Assembly (NCBI GenBank): GCA_035301985.1
Contig: DATGTE010000010.1
Span: 10,241-74,240 of the forward strand
Length of the DNA stretch: 64,000 nucleotides
Source of the DNA: Bacillota bacterium
Lineage (GTDB): Bacteria > Bacillota > Bacilli > Bacillales > Amphibacillaceae
Direction: 5' to 3'
Part shown: in pieces, positions 52,546 through 64,000 of the stretch
Position numbering within the stretch: the stretch's first letter is position 1
Layout: each line of letters starts with the position of its first letter
Program-made: the position numbers and the translations under genes
Notes under the pieces: model-generated
Database searches by the model: none
Told to the model about the DNA's origin: nothing
Seen by the model: the letters and a program-made list of their open reading frames with translations, nothing else

Positions 52546-52690
52546 GATAAATTGACATTCCAGTATACGGATTATGTTTGTAAATAACATGTTATTGAAC
52601 AGACTACTTCTCTTAACGTGTGATACAAATCACCGCATCGGTGACTGAATATACATATAATCAAATAAGAACTACTTTTTATAAGAAGGG

Positions 52691-53041
52691 ATGTATACAT
52701 TGGCACAGATCCGTACAGAAAATCGTGAAAAAAATGATATCGTCGTTGAATTAGATTTGTCAGATCTCCAAGCCCTTATTGATGAAGCAACACGCAATAT
52801 CGATGATTATAAAGATGAAATTGCGATGATATATGATAAAATGCCTCAATTTGATTATATCTATTTTTGCTTTTATGCATACTCGACATATCGTTTATTA
52901 GAAGCAACGTTTAATATCGACATAGATAAAGTGGGCCATATTCGTGTCGATGCACCAGAAGCATTTTTCTATGCATTTTACGGAATGATTCAAACATTAC
53001 ACAGTCACCTGGTAACTGAAGAATCACGAATCATACAATAA
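52691..53041 (+). CDS. Hypothetical protein, no recognisable family
   Basis: 116-aa ORF with AAGAAGGG SD (start is the ATG at 52691 or the TTG at 52700). Followed by a bidirectional terminator. Acidic N-terminal half and aromatic-rich C-terminal half. Confidence 0.5.
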   Translation: MYTLAQIRTENREKNDIVVELDLSDLQALIDEATRNIDDYKDEIAMIYDKMPQFDYIYFCFYAYSTYRLLEATFNIDIDKVGHIRVDAPEAFFYAFYGMIQTLHSHLVTEESRIIQ

Positions 53042-53160
53042 AACTTCACGCGATGGAAGAAAAATGTCCACATCGTGTTGTATAATGAGTTTTCATGGAC
53101 AGCTTGCATACATTGCAACAATTTTCTTTACTAAAGGTATCGTCCGTTCATCAAACATAA

Positions 53161-53193
53161 AAAAAACCGTTACAATGAGTAACGGCTTTTTTT
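53161..53193. terminator. Bidirectional terminator shared by the orphan ORF (+) and tRNA-Ser (-)
   Basis: AAAAAA-CCGTTAC-aatga-GTAACGG-c-TTTTTTT. Confidence 0.85.
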
Positions 53194-53223
53194 ATCTCCA
53201 AAATTTATGCGCTTTTTTTAAAA

Positions 53224-53316
53224 TGGAGGAGGAAGAGGGATTCGAACCCCCGCGGGCTTTGACACCCCTTTCGGTTTTCAAGACCGACCCCTTCAGCCAG
53301 ACTTGGGTATTCCTCC
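53224..53316 (-). tRNA. tRNA-Ser (anticodon TGA), CCA encoded
   Basis: GGAGGAA acceptor, anticodon loop CTTGAAA, long variable arm, T-loop TTCGAAT, 3' TCCA. Lies directly downstream of serS as in B. subtilis. Confidence 0.92.
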
Positions 53317-53331
53317 CTAACAACATTTTAT

Positions 53332-53360
53332 AATATACATGATTTTTTTTAAAATGTCAA
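53332..53360 (-). promoter_or_regulatory. Sigma-A promoter of tRNA-Ser
   Basis: TTGACA (53360..53355), 17 nt, TATATT (53337..53332). About 15 nt upstream of the tRNA 5' end. Confidence 0.65.
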
Positions 53361-53479
53361 CACCTATGGTTTATTTTTTTATTTTATATGTAAAAGTAGG
53401 TCGATTTACATTCAATAATTCATTTCTACATCATTAAACCTGAGCCAAGAGATGTGATTGGCCCAGGCTTAGTAGGACT

Positions 53480-54757
53480 TTAATCTTTTGTAATCACTTC
53501 TTTTCCACCCATATAGGAACGTAACACTTCTGGAATGATAATCGATCCATCTTCTTGCTGATAATTTTCCAAAATAGCTGCAACTGTACGGCCAATCGCA
53601 AGACCTGATCCATTTAATGTATGCACAAACTCTGGCTTTCCTTCTTCATTGCGGAAGCGAATCCGAGCTCTCCTTGCTTGGAAATCTTCAAAATTTGAAC
53701 AAGAAGAAATCTCTCGATACGTATTCTGACTAGGAATCCATACTTCAAGATCATATTTTTTGGCGGCTGTAAAACCTAAATCAGCTGTACACATGCTCAT
53801 CACTCGGTATGGAAGGTTTAGGAGTTGTAACACTTTCTCAGCATGGCCGGTTAACGTTTCCAAAGCTTCATAGGAATCCTCTGGCTTTACAAAGTGGACA
53901 AGCTCTACTTTATTGAATTGATGCTGACGGATTAAACCACGAGTATCCCTTCCTGCAGAACCTGCTTCCGAGCGAAAACAACCACTAAAAGCGACGTATT
54001 TTTTTGGTAATTCGGCTGCCTGCAGAATTTCATCCCGATGATAGTTCGTTACTGGAACTTCAGCAGTGGGAATAAGAAAATAATTCCAATCGCTGATTTC
54101 AAAAGCGTCCTCGGAAAACTTTGGGAGTTGGCCCGTTCCCATCATACTCATCCGATTGACGATATACGGTGGGAGCATTTCCTCATATCCATGCTCATCG
54201 ATATGCAAATCCATCATAAAATTCCACAAGGCCCGTTCGAGTCTTGCCCCGAGTCCTTTATAAAATACAAATCGACTCCCTGTTACTTTAGCTGCTCTTT
54301 CAAAATCTAATATATCGAGATTTTCTGCGAGGTCCCAATGGGGTTGGATCGTAAATGAAAATTCCGGAAGATCTCCCCATTTACGAGCGACAACGTTATC
54401 TTCTGCATCTTCACCAACAGGGACACTTTCATGAGGAATATTAGGAATCGAGAACATAACGTGGTTTAAATCTTCCTCAATATTTTTCAATTGTTCATCT
54501 AGAGTAGAAATTTTCTCGCCGACTTCACGCATTTCCTTAATGACTGGTTCCACATCTTTATTCTCTCGTTTTAATTGTGGGATTCGTTTTGATGCTTCAT
54601 TCCGTTTAGCCTTTAATTGTTCCACTTCTGTAATTAAGGTCCGACGTTTTTCATCAAGTTCACCAAACTTCTCTAGTTCTGATAAATCTTCTCCCCGATG
54701 TTGTAATTTTTCCTTGACGTCATCGAAATGATTGCGTAATAACTTCATGTCTAACAT
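53480..54757 (-). CDS. serS: Seryl-tRNA synthetase
   Basis: 425 aa with an N-terminal coiled-coil arm and class II motifs ([16 protein letters not shown]). AAGGAGGA SD. Confidence 0.97.
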   Translation of the reverse strand: MLDMKLLRNHFDDVKEKLQHRGEDLSELEKFGELDEKRRTLITEVEQLKAKRNEASKRIPQLKRENKDVEPVIKEMREVGEKISTLDEQLKNIEEDLNHVMFSIPNIPHESVPVGEDAEDNVVARKWGDLPEFSFTIQPHWDLAENLDILDFERAAKVTGSRFVFYKGLGARLERALWNFMMDLHIDEHGYEEMLPPYIVNRMSMMGTGQLPKFSEDAFEISDWNYFLIPTAEVPVTNYHRDEILQAAELPKKYVAFSGCFRSEAGSAGRDTRGLIRQHQFNKVELVHFVKPEDSYEALETLTGHAEKVLQLLNLPYRVMSMCTADLGFTAAKKYDLEVWIPSQNTYREISSCSNFEDFQARRARIRFRNEEGKPEFVHTLNGSGLAIGRTVAAILENYQQEDGSIIIPEVLRSYMGGKEVITKD

Positions 54758-54906
54758 ATAAATTCCTCCTTATGTGTAAATGTGTAATCGGATTAAAAAT
54801 AGACATCGAATTCAACCTAATCAACATGTGAGTGCGGATCTCTTCAGACCAATCGTATATGGCTTATGATTCAATTTGTTTTTTGTACAATTACTTCGAA
54901 AGCAAA

Positions 54907-55173
54907 CAAAAAACTCCCGTCCCTTAACAAAACAGGGACGAGAGTCATTTATTCCCGCGTTGCCACCCTAATTAAAGATAACAATCTTTCGGCTTACAAT
55001 TCATAACGGTACATGACCGAGTTTATTTATCAAGGAGAGGATCCTTGTTCATAAACTAGTTCAAGGACGGATTCACAGCATTCCTACGTCGATTTTCACC
55101 AACCATCGACTCTCTAATGAAAGGAAAACTGCTACTTATTCCTATCAATACTTTTTAGCATATATATTCATTA
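54907..55173 (-). promoter_or_regulatory. T-box leader, serine specifier (UCC)
   Basis: T-box AATTAGGGTGGCAACGCGGG (54973..54954). Terminator CTCTCGTCCCT..AGGGACGGGAG plus TTTTTT (54944..54907). Stem I AGAGAG..GGTGAAA. Specifier GAA-UCC-G at 55074..55068. Confidence 0.88.
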
Positions 55174-55179
55174 TATTCT

Positions 55180-55208
55180 ATCATAGACAAGCTTATACGA
55201 AGTTGCAA
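55180..55208 (-). promoter_or_regulatory. Sigma-A promoter of the serS leader
   Basis: TTGCAA (55208..55203), 17 nt, TATGAT (55185..55180). Confidence 0.65.
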
Positions 55209-55284
55209 GTTTTTTTATTGAAGCTTTCATGAATGATCTATGACATGATATGACGTGAGGTACGATTATAAATGTACTATGTAA

Positions 55285-56151
55285 TCATTCACTACGGTCT
55301 TGCATTCGCTCTTCTGGAGTCAATGTACTCATTTCCATGCCTTTCATTGCTGTACCGAGGTCTTTGGATAACTCTGCAATTAATGCATAGTCTTTATAAT
55401 TTGCAGTCGCTTCGACAATTGCCTTAGCAAATTTTTCCGGGTTCTCTGATTTAAATATTCCAGAACCGACAAATACACCATCTGCGCCAAGCTCCATCAT
55501 TAACGCAGCATCGCTAGGGGTTGCTACACCACCAGCTGCATAGTTTACGACTGGTAAACGACCGTTTTCACGAATTTCTAATAGCAGTTCATACGGAGCA
55601 CTGATTTCTTTAGCATACGTCATTACTTCATCACTTGACATTGAAGTGAGCATGCGAATTTCCGATTGCACTTGACGTAAATGACGGACTGCTTCGACAA
55701 TATTTCCAGTCCCTGGTTCACCTTTGGTACGTAACATGGAAGCTCCTTCACCAATGCGACGTGTTGCTTCACCTAGATTACGGCATCCACAAACAAATGG
55801 AACAGTGAAGTCGGACTTTCGTAAATGATATACATCATCTGCCGGTGTGAGCACTTCGCTCTCATCAATATAGTCGGCTCCAATCGCCTCTAGAACACGC
55901 GCTTCGACAATATGTCCAATTCGAGCTTTCGCCATCACGGGAATGGATACTGCATTCATGACCTCTTCTGTAATCTTTGGATTAGCCATCCGTGCTACAC
56001 CACCAGCTGCACGAATATCTGCTGGTACACGTTCTAACGCCATAACAGCAACGGCCCCTGCTTCTTCAGCTACCTTTGCCTGTTCAGCATTAACAACATC
56101 CATGATTACGCCACCCTTTGGCATTTCAAGCATACTTTCTGTTTTACCCAT
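55285..56151 (-). CDS. pdxS: Pyridoxal 5'-phosphate synthase lyase subunit PdxS
   Basis: 288 aa. [35 protein letters not shown] is near-identical to B. subtilis PdxS. AGGGGGA SD. Confidence 0.97.
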   Translation of the reverse strand: MGKTESMLEMPKGGVIMDVVNAEQAKVAEEAGAVAVMALERVPADIRAAGGVARMANPKITEEVMNAVSIPVMAKARIGHIVEARVLEAIGADYIDESEVLTPADDVYHLRKSDFTVPFVCGCRNLGEATRRIGEGASMLRTKGEPGTGNIVEAVRHLRQVQSEIRMLTSMSSDEVMTYAKEISAPYELLLEIRENGRLPVVNYAAGGVATPSDAALMMELGADGVFVGSGIFKSENPEKFAKAIVEATANYKDYALIAELSKDLGTAMKGMEMSTLTPEERMQDRSE

Positions 56152-56194
56152 TTAAATCCCCCTATCAGTTCATTGTTATAAAAACATAATCGAC

Positions 56195-57529
56195 TTAAAA
56201 CCAACTTTTAACAAGGTCGACTATGGATGAAAACAAATTAGAAAAAAAGCTGCCGATCGCTCCTAGCATGAGCATGAACCAATTCTTTTTCTCCACCGTA
56301 TCTTTTGTAACTAAATCAACTTGTTGTCGATTCGACTTCTCAAAAATATATCCATGTTCTTCTCCATCAAAGACAAGTTCAGCTGTGCCAATTTTTTCCC
56401 CTTTTTTAATAGGAGCAACGAGTTCTCCATCTTCCGTTAGCTTGTCCGAATCGATCTTATATGAAACCGTATATTTATCTTCATCACCTTTTCGGATTGG
56501 CACATTAAATGCTTCATCTGTTTCTATTTCGACAGATGATTCTTTTCCTTTTGTAACCGGAATAGATGATTCATCTTTGAGCTGATATCCTTTTGGAAAT
56601 AACTCTTTTGTTTCGAAATTATTATAGCCATAATCCAATAACTTAGCTGTCTCTTCAAAACGGGCTTCTTCGCTTTTCGTTTTCATAACGACCGTAATCA
56701 ATCGTTTTCCGTTACGAACAGCAGTACCTGTAAAACTGAATCCTGCTGTATCAGTATAACCTGTTTTTAGGCCGTCAACCCCTTCATAAAAATAAGGTTT
56801 TAAATAGCTCGCATCGTGGGGCAACATCCAGTTCCAATTGCGAATTTCTTGCTCATCGAATTTTGTTTCAGGAATTTTTGATATTTCCAAAGCTTCAGGA
56901 TAATCATTCACTAAATGATAAGCTAATAGAGCAGCGGACCGAGCAGATAATAAATTTGTAGCATCCGCATCCGTTCCTTTCGGATGATTACCGTCAAGTG
57001 ACTTATTATCCAGTCCTGTTGAGTTAACAAATTCAAACTCTTGTAAGCCCATCTCTTTTCCTTTTTCATTCATCATTTTAACAAATTCTCCTTCAGAACC
57101 AGCAATCAGTTCTGCAAGAGCAATCGATGTAGCATTATCAGAGTTAATCGCCATGGCTTCATACAGTTCACGAACGGTATACTCTCTGTTTTGTCGGAGC
57201 CCAACACCGGAAAATGATGAATCTGCCGAAATACTGTATGGGTAATCACTAATTGTCGTTGTCGTATCCCAACTGATTTGCTCCGATTCAATCGCTTCCC
57301 AGACAAGATATTCGGTCATCATTTTCGTCATGCTTGCTGGAGGCAGTGCTTCATCTGGGTTTTTAGCGTACAAAATTTTACCGGTATCCGCATCAACTAA
57401 AATAGCTGAATCCGCTTTAACATCTAATGTTTGTGCTTGTGACACATCTGGCCACGATACGATCAAGGATGCCCATGTAACAAGCATAATAAGAGTAATG
57501 GACATATATTTTTGAATCTGATCTTTCAC
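56195..57529 (-). CDS. dacA: D-alanyl-D-alanine carboxypeptidase (PBP5-type)
   Basis: 444 aa from the GTG at 57529 (GGAGGT SD, 7 nt) with a signal peptide, SMTK, SDN and KTG motifs, and a C-terminal amphipathic anchor. Confidence 0.94.
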   Translation of the reverse strand: MKDQIQKYMSITLIMLVTWASLIVSWPDVSQAQTLDVKADSAILVDADTGKILYAKNPDEALPPASMTKMMTEYLVWEAIESEQISWDTTTTISDYPYSISADSSFSGVGLRQNREYTVRELYEAMAINSDNATSIALAELIAGSEGEFVKMMNEKGKEMGLQEFEFVNSTGLDNKSLDGNHPKGTDADATNLLSARSAALLAYHLVNDYPEALEISKIPETKFDEQEIRNWNWMLPHDASYLKPYFYEGVDGLKTGYTDTAGFSFTGTAVRNGKRLITVVMKTKSEEARFEETAKLLDYGYNNFETKELFPKGYQLKDESSIPVTKGKESSVEIETDEAFNVPIRKGDEDKYTVSYKIDSDKLTEDGELVAPIKKGEKIGTAELVFDGEEHGYIFEKSNRQQVDLVTKDTVEKKNWFMLMLGAIGSFFSNLFSSIVDLVKSWF

Positions 57530-57626
57530 TTTTTCTACCTCCACTTCAAAATGCAACGTATTTAACTGTATTATGATGGGATAGAAATGGAAGGTGATAT
57601 GTGATGGAAATCCATCTTATCACTTT

Positions 57627-57685
57627 GTTTGCGAGAAAGAAGGCCCCTTTCAAAATAGACTGGGAAACCATTCCTTCTCGCAAAC
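57627..57685. repeat. Inverted repeat in the guaB-dacA spacer
   Basis: GTTTGCGAGAA (57627-57637) and TTCTCGCAAAC (57675-57685), 11 bp perfect (13 with a bulge), with a loop of about 35 nt. No flanking U-tract on either strand. Confidence 0.6.
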
Positions 57686-57867
57686 ATCACCATTTCAATA
57701 GACACATCTTTTCCTATTTTACCATACATATGGATAAATAAGGAGAGGCAAGTGGCAATTTTCTATGGAAAATTACACCACGTCGCTCTCTATCATCTCT
57801 CCATTTAAACGCTCAATCACCACGTTGTTGTCTGGAATACTTGTTTAACATCTGAACAGTAGACACC

Positions 57868-59430
<1,563 letters not shown>

Positions 59431-59551
59431 CTAATTAGATAAAACTATTGTTATTTAGAATACGTGAAAAAAGTTATTTTTTCAATAACATATGTAGCTT
59501 CACAAAAAGTAATTAGATTCTAAATTGTATAAAAACCATGGAGGACCATGA

Positions 59552-60505
59552 ATGAACCTAGATGAGATTGAATTATTCTATGCGTATGTTCGATCCCAAC
59601 ACACAGCACAACAATACTTACATCAATGTTATCAAAAGTTAAATATCGACGATGCTGAAAGAAAGAGCTATGAGAACTGTACAACGTTTCTATATTATCT
59701 TGAGCATGGACACCAATTTTATAAAAACGGAAAACAACTGGACTATTTGTTACAACCCATTTTATTTTTCTACGGAATGATTCATCTATTAAAAGCAGCT
59801 CTTTTAACGACACGTCCGAATTATCCTGAATCAACATCCATGTTAGCCCATGGTGTTTCCACGCGGAAACGTAAGCGAAGGAATTATACATTTATGGATG
59901 ATGAAGTTAAAACGCAATATAAAGGATTATTCCCTTATTTTTCCGAACATCTCTTTTTATTGAAAACCATTCCTTTTGAAAAAATAAAGATGCATCAACT
60001 CTTAGCGATTGTTCCCGAATTGTCAGACCTTTTTCTCCTACATGACGGAGAAAAAATGATTAAAGTTGGCTCGGTCCAGTCAAGAAAATTAAGCTTTCCA
60101 TGTAGCATACTCGATCATTATCATTTAACAGAAAATACATTTATTCAAAGGATCAAATCGCATGTTCCGGATATCTACCATAAGAAAACATCACAAACGA
60201 TGATTCATCTTCACTTAAAGAGGCCTATTCAACAATCATTTGGCCCATTTTTTATCCATCTTGATCAAACGATTTATTTTCCAAAACGACGAGACCATTT
60301 TTTAGCGATTTCCGAAGTGATGGCCCATTATCTTCTGTTGTATAACTTAAGTATGCTCAGTCGATATGAAACCGAATGGTGGGGCGATTTACTAATGACA
60401 AAATCTGAACTCGATTTTCCATTTATTTCACACTTTCTCGATATTACTGCGAAAAAAGTCCCCCTTCTAATCGGCAGGGAATTGTCTTATAAGCTTCAAT
60501 CATAG
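59552..60505 (+). CDS. yaaC: YaaC-family protein (function unknown)
   Basis: 317 aa. Opposite strand, between gyrA and guaB exactly as B. subtilis yaaC. YENCTTFLYYLEHGHQFY..P(I/L)L.FYG motif. GGAGGA SD. Confidence 0.85.
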   Translation: MNLDEIELFYAYVRSQHTAQQYLHQCYQKLNIDDAERKSYENCTTFLYYLEHGHQFYKNGKQLDYLLQPILFFYGMIHLLKAALLTTRPNYPESTSMLAHGVSTRKRKRRNYTFMDDEVKTQYKGLFPYFSEHLFLLKTIPFEKIKMHQLLAIVPELSDLFLLHDGEKMIKVGSVQSRKLSFPCSILDHYHLTENTFIQRIKSHVPDIYHKKTSQTMIHLHLKRPIQQSFGPFFIHLDQTIYFPKRRDHFLAISEVMAHYLLLYNLSMLSRYETEWWGDLLMTKSELDFPFISHFLDITAKKVPLLIGRELSYKLQS

Positions 60506-60514
60506 CATATTGTT

Positions 60515-60547
60515 AAAAAAGAGTCCCTTTTGCAGGAACTCTTTTTT
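60515..60547. terminator. Bidirectional terminator shared by convergent yaaC and gyrA
   Basis: AAAAAA-GAGTCCC-ttttgca-GGAACTC-TTTTTT (one mismatch in the stem). Confidence 0.75.
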
Positions 60548-60558
60548 ATATAGGATTG

Positions 60559-63096
60559 TTAATCCGTTTCGCGATGTCCTTCATTCTGTTGTTCATCTAG
60601 TTCTTTTTCTAATAATTCATCAAAAACTTCCTCGTCCGCTTCTTTATCATGTTCCTCATCGTCTTCCTCTTCTGGGTCAATCTTAGCAACGGTTGCTACT
60701 TCTTCGTCATCTTGGATACGAATCAGTTGAACACCTTGCGTATTCCGTCCCGTTACAGAAATGTCTTTTACGGGAGTGCGGATGAGGATGCCATCCACCG
60801 TAATCAACATGATATCTTCTTCGCCGGTAACCGCCTTAACCGCCACTACATGGCCGGTGCTTTCATTTAGACGAGCTGTAAAGACCCCTTTACCTCCACG
60901 TCGGGTTACCCGATACTCGTCCTCCGGTGTACGCTTTCCAACTCCTTTTTCTGTAACATGTAGTACTTGTAAACTTTCATCCAAAATTTCCATCGAGACG
61001 ACCTCATCACCTTCTCGCAAGGAAATTCCTTTCACTCCAGCTGCCGTTCTTCCCATCGGACGCACTTCACCTTCATGAAAACGGATTAAGTATCCGTGTT
61101 TCGTAGCAATCATAATATCCTTCGTGCCGTCTGTCATTCGCACGGAAATGAGTTCATCATCTTCCTTCAAGCCAACAGCGATTAATCCACCTCGACGGAT
61201 ATTGGCATAGTGCGAAATTTGTGTTCGCTTAGAAATTCCGTGTTTTGTTGTGAAGAAAAAGTACCAATCCTCACTAAATTCGTTGACCGAAATGACAGCG
61301 TTAATCCATTCGCCTTTTTCAATTTGCAACAAGTTGATAATCGGAATACCTTTAGCTGTTCGGCTAAATTCTGGAATTTCAAAGCCTCGTAATCGGTATA
61401 CTTTCCCCTTATTGGTAAAGAATAAAATCGTATCATGTGTCGATGTAGATAATAAATGCTCGACAAAGTCATCATCATACGTTCCCATTCCTTGAACCCC
61501 ACGCCCACCGCGTCTTTGCGTGCGATACGTGGAAGATGGAAGACGCTTAATATATCCCTTATGTGTTAAGGTAATGACAACATCTTCCACTGGGATGAGG
61601 TCTTCGTCTTCAAAATCGACACCACCAGCCGTAATCTCTGTCCGGCGCGGATCATTAAACCGTTCTTTAATGTCGAGCAACTCTTCACGGATGATTTCTA
61701 GAACTTTTTCATCATCTGCTAAAATAGCTTTTAATTCTTTGATGAGTTCCATAAGTTCTCTATATTCGTCCTCGATCTTTTCTCTCTCTAGACCTGTTAA
61801 ACGCTGGAGACGCATATCAAGGATCGCTTGTGCCTGTTTTTCCGTTAACGAAAACCGCTCAATTAAACCTTCTCTTGCAATATCAGCTGTTTTCGAATTC
61901 CGAATCAACGAAATGACCTCATCCAAATGATCTAATGCAATTCGTAAACCTTCTAAAATATGAGCTCGAGCTTCTGCTTTACGCAAATCAAAAGCAGTAC
62001 GTCGTTCGATCACTTCAACTTGGTGATTTAAGTAATGGACTAAGCATTCTTTAATCGACAACACTTTAGGTTGTCCATCGACGAGTGCTAATGTATTCAT
62101 ACCAAAGGTTGTTTGCAGTGCCGTATATTTATACAAGTTATTTAAGAGGACATTCGCATTCACATCTCGACGTAACTCCATGACAATCCGCATGCCGTTA
62201 CGATCTGATTCATCACGTAAATCAGTGATTCCATCAATGCGTTTTTCCCGAACAAGTTCAGCAATTTTCTCAATTAATTTCGCTTTATTTACTTGATAAG
62301 GCAATTCGGTAACGATAATCGTTGACCGACCATTATCATGTTCTTTAATTTCTACATTCGCTCGCATCGTAATGGAACCTTTACCTGTTCGGTATGCTTG
62401 GCGAATACCACTTCTGCCAACAATTTTACCTGCTGTCGGAAAGTCTGGACCAGGTAAGTAATCTTCCATGATTTCATCAACTGTAATTTCAGGATTTTTA
62501 CTAATGGCTAGAACAGCATCAATCGTTTCCCCTAAATTATGGGGAGGAATATTTGTCGCCATCCCAACAGCAATACCTGAAGTACCGTTAACGAGTAAAT
62601 TCGGAAATCGAGCTGGAAAAACAACCGGCTCCCGCTCGGCTCCATCATAGTTATCCGTATAATCGATTGTATCCTTATTGATGTCTCTTAACAATTCCAT
62701 CGAAATTTTAGACATGCGAGCTTCTGTATATCGCATTGCAGCGGCTGAGTCACCATCTACAGAACCAAAGTTTCCATGGCCATCAACAAGCATATATCTG
62801 TAACTGAAATCTTGTGCCATTCGAACCATGGCATCATAAACTGCCGAATCACCGTGTGGATGGTATTTACCGATTACTTCCCCAACAATCCGAGCTGATT
62901 TTTTATAAGGCTTATCCGCATGCATTCCTAAGTTATTCATGGCATACAGTATTCTGCGGTGAACCGGTTTTAAACCATCCCGAACATCTGGAAGTGCACG
63001 TGCGACAATCACACTCATCGCATAATCGAGGAAGGACGTACGAATCTCATCACTAATATTGATGTCCTGGACTTGAGGACGTTGTTGATCTGCCAT
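60559..63096 (-). CDS. gyrA: DNA gyrase subunit A
   Basis: 845 aa from the ATG at 63096 (GGGAGG SD). Active-site region AAMRYTE, QRDR-type [11 protein letters not shown]-terminal beta-pinwheel and acidic tail. Confidence 0.98.
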   Translation of the reverse strand: MADQQRPQVQDINISDEIRTSFLDYAMSVIVARALPDVRDGLKPVHRRILYAMNNLGMHADKPYKKSARIVGEVIGKYHPHGDSAVYDAMVRMAQDFSYRYMLVDGHGNFGSVDGDSAAAMRYTEARMSKISMELLRDINKDTIDYTDNYDGAEREPVVFPARFPNLLVNGTSGIAVGMATNIPPHNLGETIDAVLAISKNPEITVDEIMEDYLPGPDFPTAGKIVGRSGIRQAYRTGKGSITMRANVEIKEHDNGRSTIIVTELPYQVNKAKLIEKIAELVREKRIDGITDLRDESDRNGMRIVMELRRDVNANVLLNNLYKYTALQTTFGMNTLALVDGQPKVLSIKECLVHYLNHQVEVIERRTAFDLRKAEARAHILEGLRIALDHLDEVISLIRNSKTADIAREGLIERFSLTEKQAQAILDMRLQRLTGLEREKIEDEYRELMELIKELKAILADDEKVLEIIREELLDIKERFNDPRRTEITAGGVDFEDEDLIPVEDVVITLTHKGYIKRLPSSTYRTQRRGGRGVQGMGTYDDDFVEHLLSTSTHDTILFFTNKGKVYRLRGFEIPEFSRTAKGIPIINLLQIEKGEWINAVISVNEFSEDWYFFFTTKHGISKRTQISHYANIRRGGLIAVGLKEDDELISVRMTDGTKDIMIATKHGYLIRFHEGEVRPMGRTAAGVKGISLREGDEVVSMEILDESLQVLHVTEKGVGKRTPEDEYRVTRRGGKGVFTARLNESTGHVVAVKAVTGEEDIMLITVDGILIRTPVKDISVTGRNTQGVQLIRIQDDEEVATVAKIDPEEEDDEEHDKEADEEVFDELLEKELDEQQNEGHRETD

Positions 63097-63203
63097 TCCA
63101 TTACCTCCCATAAAGTACTACAATCAGTGGGATCTCATTGAAGTTCCCACTGCCTATTCGTAGATTACTTTAATCATATATTCATGTTTTTTCGTTCATC
63201 TGG

Positions 63204-64000
<797 letters not shown>

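Noticed and set aside
53064-53333. 89-aa ORF overlapping tRNA-Ser, and a 72-aa ORF (41782-42000) overlapping SRP RNA
   Set aside because: They are translations through structured RNA genes. The RNA identities are far better supported.
59520-59891. 123-aa minus-strand ORF overlapping the 5' part of yaaC
   Set aside because: It is antisense to the syntenic, SD-preceded yaaC gene, and it has no SD and no recognisable motifs.

Overview
The window is the origin-proximal core of a spore-forming, low-GC Bacillaceae chromosome. It is shown reverse-complemented relative to the usual Bacillus subtilis 168 map. The order runs from gyrB' at the right edge through gyrA, yaaC, guaB, dacA, pdxS, serS, tRNA-Ser, sleL/yaaH, tadA, SRP RNA, dnaX, yaaK, recR, yaaL, bofA, csfB, tmk, darA, holB, ricT, yabA, yabB, yazA, rsmI, abrB, metS, yabD, yabE, rnmV, rsmA, yabG, veg, sspF, purR, spoVG, glmU, prs, ctc, pth, fin, mfd, spoVT, yabM, yabN, yabO, yabP, yabQ, divIC, yabR, tRNA-Met, spoIIE, yabS, yabT, tilS and hpt to ftsH' at the left edge. 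Almost all genes are on the minus strand, so oriC should lie just beyond the right edge and replication should move leftwards. I support about 62 protein genes, 3 tRNAs, the large Bacillus-type SRP RNA, two T-box leaders (Pro-CCU and Ser-UCC), an NsrR operator, Spo0A boxes, several sigma-A, sigma-F and sigma-G type promoters, and many intrinsic terminators. All gene identities come from reading the translations against remembered B. subtilis orthologues and synteny; no database search was run. Several ORF-track starts are 5'-extended and were trimmed to the start codon that has a Shine-Dalgarno sequence. I found no convincing evidence for a new multi-gene system, mobile element, CRISPR array or defence island. 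The only clearly non-core stretch is a roughly 8.8 kb mosaic at 44.2-53.1 kb. It carries nsrR-hmp, acsA, cwlC, two small envelope proteins, an MFS remnant, tRNA-Arg(CCU), a T-box-controlled P5C reductase and one orphan ORF. The remaining findings are modest. They include syntenic genes missing from their expected junctions (ispE, yabJ, pdxT, yaaR, xpaC-yaaN-yaaO, dck/dgk and two rRNA operons) and a tRNA-Met gene oriented head-on to replication. They also include a permuted vWA motif order in YabS and a few structured intergenic regions with no explanation.
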